From a virus, in IMG/VR virus record IMGVR_UViG_3300045988_168112: DNA of 64,000 nucleotides; one strand, written 5' to 3'. Within the stretch, counting starts at the first letter, position 1. Each line of letters opens with the position of its first letter. The notes below the pieces were generated by a model. The model did not search any database. It saw only the letters and a list, made by a program, of their open reading frames with translations, and had not been told where the DNA came from. Position numbers and translations under genes: made by a program. Shown here in pieces: positions 34,671-42,064 of the stretch.

Positions 34671-35195
34671 TTAATCATTGAGAACCGATTTAACTGCAAA
34701 CAACTTGGTATACGCTTCTTCCTTGGTCTGGAAATAGTTAAGGTTTTTGTACCGTAAATTGTCCGATTCGTTTTCTTCCTCTGTAGTCTTACATATCACA
34801 AAACGGTTCCAGTCAATATAGTAATAGGAATTGCTGATTTTGGCACGCCAGCGAAGCTTTTTAAAGCATTTTTCTTTCTCGTCATAGTATAGGTTGTTTT
34901 CAGAAAGAACTTTGTACATACGTTCTTTTTCTTCTTCTGTAGAAAATCTGAAAGATGGGATAGAATCATAGTAAGAAAATGACATTCCAGTTTTAAGAAA
35001 ATGTAATTCATTATTTCGTAAATAAACATGATAAAATGCTTTAGAAATATCTTCTTTACATTTGCGTTCTCTATATATCATTATCGTACCGTCTTCATGT
35101 GTCAGACAGTCACCGTCTTCCAGTTTTGTAAGAGTACAATCTTCATCATGAATAGACAAGAATTTCCCGTCTTTGTCGCATAAAACCTTTTTCAT
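34671..35195 (-). CDS. hypothetical protein
   Basis: 174-aa ORF. Confidence 0.65.
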   Translation of the reverse strand: MKKVLCDKDGKFLSIHDEDCTLTKLEDGDCLTHEDGTIMIYRERKCKEDISKAFYHVYLRNNELHFLKTGMSFSYYDSIPSFRFSTEEEKERMYKVLSENNLYYDEKEKCFKKLRWRAKISNSYYYIDWNRFVICKTTEEENESDNLRYKNLNYFQTKEEAYTKLFAVKSVLND

Positions 35196-35213
35196 AATTG
35201 TAAAATATTTTTA

Positions 35214-35396
35214 TTAGAAAACATAATTAATCAAATCAGAAATCCAGGACAAGAACTGTATCATTCCGAAGAATAGGAAGGTGCAGATTATTGCACCTAT
35301 TCCATACCAGAAACGTACCCACCATTCACGATACTTTGTCTTTAATACTTTCTTGCCGAAACGTCCATTAAAGAAATTTATAAGCTGCTTTTTCAT
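35214..35396 (-). CDS. small membrane protein
   Basis: Start at MKKQLINFF (ATG 35396) avoids an 80-nt overlap; C-terminal TM WYGIGAIICTFLFFGMIQFLSW. Confidence 0.5.
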   Translation of the reverse strand: MKKQLINFFNGRFGKKVLKTKYREWWVRFWYGIGAIICTFLFFGMIQFLSWISDLINYVF

Positions 35397-35409
35397 GATA
35401 TATAAGTTT

Positions 35410-35655
35410 TTAGAATTCGACAAGGAGAAGAGGTTTACAGTTTTCCCTCTCTCTGACCCACATATAATCTCTTCCGAAACCGTAATCAAAAAGAGAATTG
35501 AACGTAACCGGATAATCCATAGAAATAAACTTCATTGCTTCTCTCAGTTCTTTTTCGTCATTACATTGAACTATTTTGTTAAGCATATTGACATAAAGAG
35601 AAATTGCTACTGGTGAATGATTAACATTTAACGGGTTTTCTACGATTGCTTTCAT
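35410..35655 (-). CDS. hypothetical protein
   Basis: 81-aa ORF. Confidence 0.6.
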   Translation of the reverse strand: MKAIVENPLNVNHSPVAISLYVNMLNKIVQCNDEKELREAMKFISMDYPVTFNSLFDYGFGRDYMWVRERENCKPLLLVEF

Positions 35656-35670
35656 AACTGTGTATATTGT

Positions 35671-35688
35671 GGTAGCCCGAAGGCTACC
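35671..35688 (-). other. GC-rich tetraloop hairpin
   Basis: GGTAGCC-CGAA-GGCTACC, between two small genes, no U-run. Confidence 0.45.
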
Positions 35689-35697
35689 GGATTAAAT

Positions 35698-35874
35698 TTA
35701 GAACATTATTACTATTTCACCGTTTTTATAGCCAAGACAAGACCCCTTCTCAATGGCTTCTTCCAGTGTCTTTACTTCAAACAGCACTTTCTTTTTCTCA
35801 TAATCCAAACCGTAGTAACTTACTGTTTTGTTATTGGCGTTAATTCCGTTTTTGTGTATTTCCAAAAGTTTCAT
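35698..35874 (-). CDS. small ORF not in the ORF track (58 aa)
   Basis: ATG 35874 to TAA 35698: MKLLEIHKNGINANNKTVSYYGLDYEKKKVLFEVKTLEEAIEKGSCLGYKNGEIVIMF; fills an otherwise empty gap. Confidence 0.5.
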   Translation of the reverse strand: MKLLEIHKNGINANNKTVSYYGLDYEKKKVLFEVKTLEEAIEKGSCLGYKNGEIVIMF

Positions 35875-35887
35875 ATTTCTTTAATTT

Positions 35888-36163
35888 TTATTTGTTCAAC
35901 ATTTCGATTTGTCTTTGAAGGAGTTTAGCGCGGTTCTGCTCATTCTCTGCAAACTCCATATTCCCGATAGACTTATAGAACTCCACATTTTCAAGTGCCT
36001 CGGCAAGTGCTTGTTGTTTCTTGGAAATCATAGAGGAGATTTCGTTGTTATTACCTCTCTTCATCATCTCTTCCATTTCCGTACCTCTCACCTTGTAAAA
36101 TTCTGCTTTCATAACCTTATTTCTTTTAATTTGTTTGATATTGTAAAGGTACACATTTATCAT
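35888..36163 (-). CDS. coiled-coil small protein
   Basis: ATG 36163 (track start is TTG); alternative start MKAEFYK at 36112. Confidence 0.5.
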   Translation of the reverse strand: MINVYLYNIKQIKRNKVMKAEFYKVRGTEMEEMMKRGNNNEISSMISKKQQALAEALENVEFYKSIGNMEFAENEQNRAKLLQRQIEMLNK

Positions 36164-36178
36164 CAATTGGACAACAAA

Positions 36179-36748
36179 TTACTTATTTTTCTTTGTTGGT
36201 TTGATAACTCTTTTGTCCTCGAATTTATCCTTTACATAGAGCAACCATACACGACGTACATTCGTATAGGTACAATTCATGATTGTACGGATTTTGTAAT
36301 GTGACCAATTAGGATGTTCCAGTATCATGTTATAGATTTCCAACGATTGCTTACCACGAGGCTTTTCTTGACGATAACTTGCTCTTTTGGTAGAAGATTT
36401 TCTCTTCTTACTTATAGTGAAAGAAATTGTACGAAGAGTATCATCAGCTTTCAATATTGTAAGGCCATAGGATTTGGCTTTATAATTCTTCTTTGCATCA
36501 TCAAAATGTGCTTCGTCGAAAGTGATTATGATTTGTTCGTTGTTACATTTAGTAGTACCATTGTAGGTTTTGATGAAGTCGTTGAGCGCTTGCTTTTGTT
36601 CAGGAGTCTGGCCTTCAAGTCCTACCTCTTTTTCTGCCTCTTCGATAAGAGCGATAAGTTCGTCTTTCTTATACTTCTTGATATTCTTGATACCAAGTTC
36701 ACTTGCTCTTTTTCTCAATTGCTCGACTGTCATAACTGTTGTTTTCAT
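36179..36748 (-). CDS. DNA/RNA-binding protein with Rho_N/SAP-like N-terminal motif
   Basis: TVEQLRKRASELGIKNIKKYKKDELIALIEEAEK; basic middle; C-terminal HTH-like segment. Confidence 0.45.
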   Translation of the reverse strand: MKTTVMTVEQLRKRASELGIKNIKKYKKDELIALIEEAEKEVGLEGQTPEQKQALNDFIKTYNGTTKCNNEQIIITFDEAHFDDAKKNYKAKSYGLTILKADDTLRTISFTISKKRKSSTKRASYRQEKPRGKQSLEIYNMILEHPNWSHYKIRTIMNCTYTNVRRVWLLYVKDKFEDKRVIKPTKKNK

Positions 36749-36787
36749 ATTTTCTCGTTTTTAAATTGTTACTCTTTTTTGAATGCC

Positions 36788-36818
36788 TAAAGATACCAAA
36801 AGTTTATGTACCTGACAA
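36788..36818 (-). promoter_or_regulatory. promoter TTG-N20-TATCTTTAGG
   Basis: Exact TTG-N20-TATCTTTAGGCATTCAAAAAAG on the minus strand, 39 nt before ATG 36748. Confidence 0.6.
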
Positions 36819-36854
36819 CTTTTTCTGGTAATTTGTTCGCCTTGTTGGTTAAAC

Positions 36855-37046
36855 TTATGCTAATTCAATCGCTCTTGCAGGTACACCAATCATAGTCCAG
36901 GTTTTACCATCTTTTAAATAATCTACTGAATAGTCAGCTTCAAAAGTGCAAACATTCATATCAACACTTGAAATAATACCTTCTACCTTACCATTTTTAG
37001 TAGTTACGACTACTGATTGACCTTTCTTAAATTCTGTTGCTTTCAT
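36855..37046 (-). CDS. small SH3/KOW-like protein
   Basis: 63 aa, KKGQSVVVTTKNGKVEGIISSV. Confidence 0.5.
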   Translation of the reverse strand: MKATEFKKGQSVVVTTKNGKVEGIISSVDMNVCTFEADYSVDYLKDGKTWTMIGVPARAIELA

Positions 37047-37068
37047 ATCTTATATGTTTTAATTGTTA

Positions 37069-37239
37069 TTACTTATTTACTTTTCTACAAACATCTTCAA
37101 CTTTAACGTGTAATACTTTCCAAGTACCTATTGCCAAATCAAGTGTTCCATTGGGATTGATTTTCTCGATAACGAATTTTTTTACTGGGTAAAAGTTATA
37201 AGTTACCATACGTCCTAATCTTGCGTTAAACTTTTTCAT
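37069..37239 (-). CDS. small ORF not in the ORF track (56 aa)
   Basis: ATG 37239, 47 nt after the promoter -7 box: MKKFNARLGRMVTYNFYPVKKFVIEKINPNGTLDLAIGTWKVLHVKVEDVCRKVNK. Confidence 0.5.
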   Translation of the reverse strand: MKKFNARLGRMVTYNFYPVKKFVIEKINPNGTLDLAIGTWKVLHVKVEDVCRKVNK

Positions 37240-37286
37240 TGTCTTTATCTTTAATCGTTCGACTTATTATCTCCTTTTTGGATACC

Positions 37287-37317
37287 TAAAGATACACCTT
37301 TGTGACACGTGTAGCAA
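37287..37317 (-). promoter_or_regulatory. promoter TTG-N20-TATCTTTAGG
   Basis: TTGctacacgtgtcacaaaggtgTATCTTTAGGTATCCAAAAAG; spacer contains the palindrome ACACGTGT. Confidence 0.6.
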
Positions 37318-37333
37318 CACATTCACCAATAAA

Positions 37334-37368
37334 GTGGTCGAAATTAAGATTCTTTAAAGTTCGACCAC
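37334..37368 (-). terminator. hairpin (second of two) after the peptidase operon
   Basis: GTGGTCGAA (37334-37342) / TTCGACCAC (37360-37368), perfect 9-bp stem, then TTTATT on the minus strand. Confidence 0.45.
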
Positions 37369-37409
37369 AGGTCTAAACATATTTTAATATATGAGATATA
37401 AGAATATAA

Positions 37410-37456
37410 AGAATGCTCGTCAAACTTGTAATTAAACAAGAAATAACGAGCATTCT
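37410..37456 (-). terminator. hairpin after M15 peptidase gene
   Basis: AGAATGCTCGT / ACGAGCATTCT, perfect 11-bp stem, 25-nt loop, T-rich tail on the minus strand. Confidence 0.45.
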
Positions 37457-37479
37457 AACTTGGCAAACAAAAGTTCAAT

Positions 37480-37947
37480 TTATACCCTGAAAAGAGTTAT
37501 CTTCTTACCATTACCCATATCGTAAGTATCAACATGTAACCAACTCACTCCATCCTCGAGTCTTATAGGATAAGGAAGGTTATCCTGATTCTTTATAATG
37601 AGCTGACGTGCCTTTTCAGCACTCATGCCTTGTACAGTGATATCATATGCCTCGCCTGTGCAGTGTCCGGAAATATAGACCTTTTCAAGATTAGTTTTTT
37701 CTTTAGGAATTGCACAAATGTTACATCTAAGGCCACGTTGTGAATAACTACCACCACTCTTCCAATTGTTGATGATAAAAGGCTTCTGGATAATATATTC
37801 ACGTAGCACCAACAATGTCTCAAGTGCTGCCATAGAGAAGAAACTCCACATCTGTTCCTCTCTGTATTTATTGTATACATGCGGACAAACAAGTTCTTCA
37901 ATTTTGAAGTATTGTTTTAGTTTCTTGATTAATTCATCTCTTTTCAT
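37480..37947 (-). CDS. peptidase M15 family (endolysin candidate)
   Basis: SGHCTGEAYD (SxHxxGxAxD) and SWLHVD zinc-ligand motifs. Confidence 0.65.
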   Translation of the reverse strand: MKRDELIKKLKQYFKIEELVCPHVYNKYREEQMWSFFSMAALETLLVLREYIIQKPFIINNWKSGGSYSQRGLRCNICAIPKEKTNLEKVYISGHCTGEAYDITVQGMSAEKARQLIIKNQDNLPYPIRLEDGVSWLHVDTYDMGNGKKITLFRV

Positions 37948-38189
37948 AATTCTTCATCTTTAGTCCATTCATTACTATTCATAATTTCATTCTCATCCAT
38001 CAAAGGATAAGGATAAACGACGTCTTCCACAACTTCTTCACTTTCCGAAATCGTCATAACCGGAGGTACAAGTATGTTATACGTCTCTTCATGCAGCAGT
38101 GCTTTTGTGCCGTCATTGTTCGTTCTCCTTGTCTTCCAGTCCTTATCGAACTGTTTCAGTTCTTCTATAGGTATAGCTAACCACTTCAT
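37944..38189 (-). CDS. hypothetical protein
   Basis: ATG 38189 in a TGATTATG stop-start junction (track start is TTG). Confidence 0.55.
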   Translation of the reverse strand: MKWLAIPIEELKQFDKDWKTRRTNNDGTKALLHEETYNILVPPVMTISESEEVVEDVVYPYPLMDENEIMNSNEWTKDEEL

Positions 38190-38191
38190 AA

Positions 38192-38842
38192 TCAATCATA
38201 TTTTAGTTTATAGTCATTAATTACTTTCTCAATCTGCAAAGGTGTAAGTTCGTCATAGAAGCCGATAAGCTTGTAGAGAGCCATGTTTGAGAAATATCCG
38301 GCCAATCCTATATCACTTCCAAGAACCACCTTTTGCGGCTTTAAATCTGTACCGTTCACTATCGTGATAATTTGATGTTTCAAATAGACCTCTTTTCCAT
38401 TCATAGTGGTATTCAACTTTCCGTTTATATAAGTCACCCCACCCCAGTTATAAGCATTATATGCTATATGATTTAATGAAATACTTATTCCAAAACTTGT
38501 CTGACTTACTCTTTGGTCATATAGGAATCCACTTTTATCGGTAGTTAAAGATGGTATTACTTCCATAAACAACGTCTTGAATCCTTTCGTAACATTCTGC
38601 ATTATCGCATAATCATCTATACTATCAAAGACAAAAGCACCGTCTGACCTGTAGCCGCTACTCTCTGTATACGCTGCATTGAATATCTCTGCATCATGTC
38701 CATTACCCGACAAATCGTCTATGATGTTACGGGTAGGAGAAGAATTGTCCTTAAGTGATAAGTCGTAATAGACGTCCGGTTCCGGTATCGTGACCTTGCC
38801 AGACCTCCTGCCAAACAAAAGACTTGTACCAATACCAATCAT
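38192..38842 (-). CDS. LamG/concanavalin-like jelly-roll domain protein
   Basis: DLSGNGHDAEIFNAAY..GAFVFDSIDDYAIM typical of Laminin_G_3-type domains. Confidence 0.5.
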   Translation of the reverse strand: MIGIGTSLLFGRRSGKVTIPEPDVYYDLSLKDNSSPTRNIIDDLSGNGHDAEIFNAAYTESSGYRSDGAFVFDSIDDYAIMQNVTKGFKTLFMEVIPSLTTDKSGFLYDQRVSQTSFGISISLNHIAYNAYNWGGVTYINGKLNTTMNGKEVYLKHQIITIVNGTDLKPQKVVLGSDIGLAGYFSNMALYKLIGFYDELTPLQIEKVINDYKLKYD

Positions 38843-39162
38843 AACCCTATATTAAATTGTGCAGTAGTACCAGTAACAAACACCTTATCAATAAGATAAG
38901 GCATAGGAGAACCAATATAAGCAGACACTTCCACCTCACTAATAGTATAAGTCTCAATAGAAGGTGCTCCACAGAGGTGTACTTTGATAGTTCCAGCAGT
39001 CAATGGAATGACCAAGAAATTCTTATCACTATCGTGCTCCACAGAGGTGTACTTTGATAAATCAAAATCCTCAGCAACCTGGCCAACTTCAAATGCTCTA
39101 CTTATTGCAGTAATGCTTACTTGTCCTTCACCATTACTAATTCTAATTTTATTAGGATACAT
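38839..39162 (-). CDS. hypothetical protein containing a 26-bp internal direct repeat
   Basis: 107-aa ORF after a terminator. Confidence 0.55.
   Translation of the reverse strand: MYPNKIRISNGEGQVSITAISRAFEVGQVAEDFDLSKYTSVEHDSDKNFLVIPLTAGTIKVHLCGAPSIETYTISEVEVSAYIGSPMPYLIDKVFVTGTTAQFNIGL
38964..39059. repeat. perfect 26-bp direct repeat, two copies offset by 70 bp
   Basis: GTGCTCCACAGAGGTGTACTTTGATA at 38964-38989 and 39034-39059. Confidence 0.9.
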
Positions 39163-39185
39163 AACTTTATAAATTGTTTTAAATT

Positions 39186-39230
39186 AAAAAGGAGGAGGAA
39201 CTTCATCGTCACCGAATTCATTCCTCCTCC
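39186..39230 (-). terminator. intrinsic terminator
   Basis: GGAGGAGGAA / TTCCTCCTCC, perfect 10-bp stem, 20-nt loop, TTTTT on the minus strand. Confidence 0.55.
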
Positions 39231-39308
39231 TAACCTTTAAATATGTCAAACTTGAAAGAAAATTTCCAATCGTAAAAGTACAAGATTAATTCATATTAAC
39301 CAACCTTT

Positions 39309-39539
39309 TCAAAGATTTTCAAATCTTTTTTGATTGTGTATGATTTCTTTATTGAGCTCATCTTGTATAAGTTCAATTACTTTTCTGGTCAATTCTTTAT
39401 CTATATAGATATTCATTGTGTTAGATGCAATACGAATACGTTCATCTTCTTTCATCTTTTCCAACTCCTGTAGAGTTTGTCTATATCTATCGATATTCTT
39501 CTTTAGGAAGATTGCTGTTTGGAATACATCTTCTTTCAT
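39309..39539 (-). CDS. coiled-coil small protein
   Basis: 76-aa ORF. Confidence 0.55.
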   Translation of the reverse strand: MKEDVFQTAIFLKKNIDRYRQTLQELEKMKEDERIRIASNTMNIYIDKELTRKVIELIQDELNKEIIHNQKRFENL

Positions 39540-39540
39540 A

Positions 39541-40023
39541 TTATTCTACAATTTCCGCATCACTTTCCGGCTCGTATTCTTTCTTCTCTTCTTCAATAGG
39601 AGCTTTCTTCCACTGGTCGATAAAGTGTTCGATTACGCGTCTTCCATCCTTCACAACCTTTTCCAGTTTTTCGTCCGGTTCCAACAGTTCATCTGCCATT
39701 GCTGCGGCTATATGCTTTGCCTTCATTACCTCTTCTACAAGGTTGCTTTCTATCAATTCACCCAAACTTTTCTTTGTCAGTAGGTTGAAGGTTAATCCTT
39801 CAATGATTTGCTTTCTTTTTGACATTGCATTGAGCATAGCATTCATACGTGGAGCGAACTGTTCCGGCTTCATGTTCTCGAAGCTCTTATCGTCGAACCC
39901 TTCCAGCTTTTCGCCTGCCATGAATGCCACTTCATATTCTTTTGGTGTCATTACTACACCTGCCTGTAGGCACTCTGTACAGAATAGAATAAACTTCACG
40001 TTGTTTCTTAGGTCTTTTTCCAT
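39541..40023 (-). CDS. hypothetical protein
   Basis: 160-aa ORF. Confidence 0.65.
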   Translation of the reverse strand: MEKDLRNNVKFILFCTECLQAGVVMTPKEYEVAFMAGEKLEGFDDKSFENMKPEQFAPRMNAMLNAMSKRKQIIEGLTFNLLTKKSLGELIESNLVEEVMKAKHIAAAMADELLEPDEKLEKVVKDGRRVIEHFIDQWKKAPIEEEKKEYEPESDAEIVE

Positions 40024-40038
40024 AATCTTTCTTTATAT

Positions 40039-40281
40039 TTAGTCAATACATTCTTCAATTGGTATATCGTTTATTGTCACCATCTCCCAATCTCCATCCA
40101 TCATCTCATAGATACAATTGATTGTCTTATGGTCTGCAATGATTTCTTCATCAACACCTTTCTTTCTCCAGGTATTACTTTCTACCATTGCAGACCATTT
40201 TGTCCCTTCTTGGAACATCAATTTATTAGGGAGTTGTTTATATGTTGATTCTATGAGTTGACTTAACGTCTCTTCTGTCAT
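40039..40281 (-). CDS. hypothetical protein
   Basis: 80-aa ORF. Confidence 0.6.
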   Translation of the reverse strand: MTEETLSQLIESTYKQLPNKLMFQEGTKWSAMVESNTWRKKGVDEEIIADHKTINCIYEMMDGDWEMVTINDIPIEECID

Positions 40282-40288
40282 AGGTCAA

Positions 40289-40717
40289 TCAATACTTCTC
40301 AAGATAAGTGTTGCCTTTATGGTCCTTCCAGACGAGACATATCTCACCTTCTTTATCGATATTCACACTTTCGAATGTGATAGGATAACCATGATTCTCA
40401 CCATCCTTTGTGACATAATGTGAAATCTTATAAGTGACTTCTTCATCCTTATCATACTTCTGGTAGAGTGAAGTGAATTCATCATAGGTGAACATCGTTG
40501 CTTCATGGTCTTTTTCAGTAGGAAATGATATCATGTAACGTACAAGTTTACCATCTTTCACCTCTGTACTGACTATTGAATCAATCTTGAGTTCATCAAT
40601 GACATCAATCACTTCGGCACAACGAAGCCTCCAGTCGTCAGGATACTTCTTCTTGCAACTAAGGAGGTCTAATTCATTACCCTTCAATAGCTCTACAAAT
40701 TCTTTTTCTCTTTTCAT
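40289..40717 (-). CDS. hypothetical protein
   Basis: 142-aa ORF. Confidence 0.65.
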   Translation of the reverse strand: MKREKEFVELLKGNELDLLSCKKKYPDDWRLRCAEVIDVIDELKIDSIVSTEVKDGKLVRYMISFPTEKDHEATMFTYDEFTSLYQKYDKDEEVTYKISHYVTKDGENHGYPITFESVNIDKEGEICLVWKDHKGNTYLEKY

Positions 40718-40824
40718 GTTTTTAATTGTTTAATTATTGTTTATAATTGTAAGATGAGTAATACTATAACAAATGTATAACATGGATTAATAATAGGGTT
40801 TAACGTACTTCTCATCTCACTGTG

Positions 40825-40832
40825 TAAAGATA
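40825..40832 (-). promoter_or_regulatory. promoter -7-like box GTAGTATCTTTAC (no clear -33)
   Basis: TATCTTTA core about 105 nt before ATG 40717. Confidence 0.3.
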
Positions 40833-40843
40833 CTACTTCTCGT

Positions 40844-41164
40844 TCATCTTTTGTACCTGTCAAGTACTCTTTCAAGTAATGTTTTGGCACTCTCAATATC
40901 CTTTTTGTCTCTTGTAGTCAATTCGTCACTTATAGTAAGTATACTATCAACAATCTTGAGTATTGTAGGGATACTTGATTTGAGCTTCGTCTGACCAGCT
41001 CTCGTCGTGTAGCTTATATTAAACTTATCCTTCTCCTTCTTGAGTGCTGATTGTGCTTCTCCATATGTAGCAAAGTAGCCTACATTATAGGTCTTGCCAT
41101 GATGATAGAAAGTCACTCTCCATGGCTTCTTCAAGTTCCCTTTTGTGTAGTATATATTCTTCAT
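40844..41164 (-). CDS. AP2-like DNA-binding domain protein
   Basis: PWRVTFYHHGKTYNVGYFATYGEAQSAL matches the AP2/ERF-type beta-sheet plus helix pattern. Confidence 0.5.
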   Translation of the reverse strand: MKNIYYTKGNLKKPWRVTFYHHGKTYNVGYFATYGEAQSALKKEKDKFNISYTTRAGQTKLKSSIPTILKIVDSILTISDELTTRDKKDIESAKTLLERVLDRYKR

Positions 41165-41168
41165 AGTC

Positions 41169-41417
41169 TCAATATATCTCGTCTACTTCAACATCAATTA
41201 GAGATTCTATTCTATACACAAGTCCATTGTCAATTATCTTCTCAAACTTGATACCTGCTGCCTCAAGCTCCTCAGCTATTGCATTCCTGTACATCCATCT
41301 TGGTCTTAGGTAGATGTATTCATCATCTTTTTCAAGTGACAGGAGTATCTTGGTGGGAGAGTATTCTTGTTCCCGAATAATCTCCCTGATTCTCTTCATT
41401 GTGAGCTTCTTTGTCAT
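41169..41417 (-). CDS. hypothetical protein
   Basis: 82-aa ORF. Confidence 0.6.
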   Translation of the reverse strand: MTKKLTMKRIREIIREQEYSPTKILLSLEKDDEYIYLRPRWMYRNAIAEELEAAGIKFEKIIDNGLVYRIESLIDVEVDEIY

Positions 41418-41743
41418 AATGTCTTGATGAACGTCATTACCTTCTTTAATTGTTCATACGACAGGTCGTCCATATTGTCAATGATACATTCGTAAAGTAT
41501 CTCTCGTTCACTATCTTCATAGAACCTTGTTCCAATCTCGTCACCATCGCCATTCTTTGCGTAGAGCACTTCACATTCGTCCATGTAGAACTCTTTGTTA
41601 CTCTTGTCTATAAACGAAATGAAACCTAATGTCGCTGTCTCGTCACATGTACCAGTACATGTTAATGTTACTACTTCGTCCTCGTTGAACAATAAGAACT
41701 TTACTTGGTCTCCTACACTCAATGGTCTAAATACTTCGTTCAT
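41414..41743 (-). CDS. hypothetical protein
   Basis: 109-aa ORF, first gene after the promoter. Confidence 0.6.
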   Translation of the reverse strand: MNEVFRPLSVGDQVKFLLFNEDEVVTLTCTGTCDETATLGFISFIDKSNKEFYMDECEVLYAKNGDGDEIGTRFYEDSEREILYECIIDNMDDLSYEQLKKVMTFIKTL

Positions 41744-41791
41744 AATCTTTTTTGTTTTAAATTGTTACACATGTCTCTTCTTTTGATATTG

Positions 41792-41822
41792 TAAAGATAC
41801 ACCTTATTCTTCGACCACACAA
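41792..41822 (-). promoter_or_regulatory. promoter TTG-N20-TATCTTTAC
   Basis: TTGtgtggtcgaagaataaggtgTATCTTTACAATATCAAAAG, 48 nt before ATG 41743. Confidence 0.55.
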
Positions 41823-41979
41823 CAAGTCGACCATAAAATGTTGTCCAAATTGTGTACTTTTTCTTCATGTCCTTCCATTCTTATTTATAGAATCCTATGA
41901 TTAGCAATTAGTCGATACACTGGTTAGATGTCAATCTCGCTGCACAAAACACCTTATTTTGTTCATCTTATTCCATTTC

Positions 41980-42025
41980 CATAAAAATAGAAAGGCCTTA
42001 GCAATCATCGCGACTCCTAAGGCCT
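41980..42025 (-). terminator. intrinsic terminator
   Basis: AGGCCTTAG (41993-42001) / CTAAGGCCT (42017-42025), perfect 9-bp stem, then TTTCTATTTTTAT on the minus strand. Confidence 0.6.
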
Positions 42026-42064
42026 ATAATTACGAGAAAATTTCACTAATTATGAACAACGAAG

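Noticed and set aside
39418-40042. Two overlapping plus-strand ORFs (121 and 205 aa)
   Set aside because: They are antisense to minus-strand genes 39309-40023. They are Ser/Phe-rich, as expected from the reverse complement of Glu/Lys-rich coding sequence. No plus-strand promoter copy is present.
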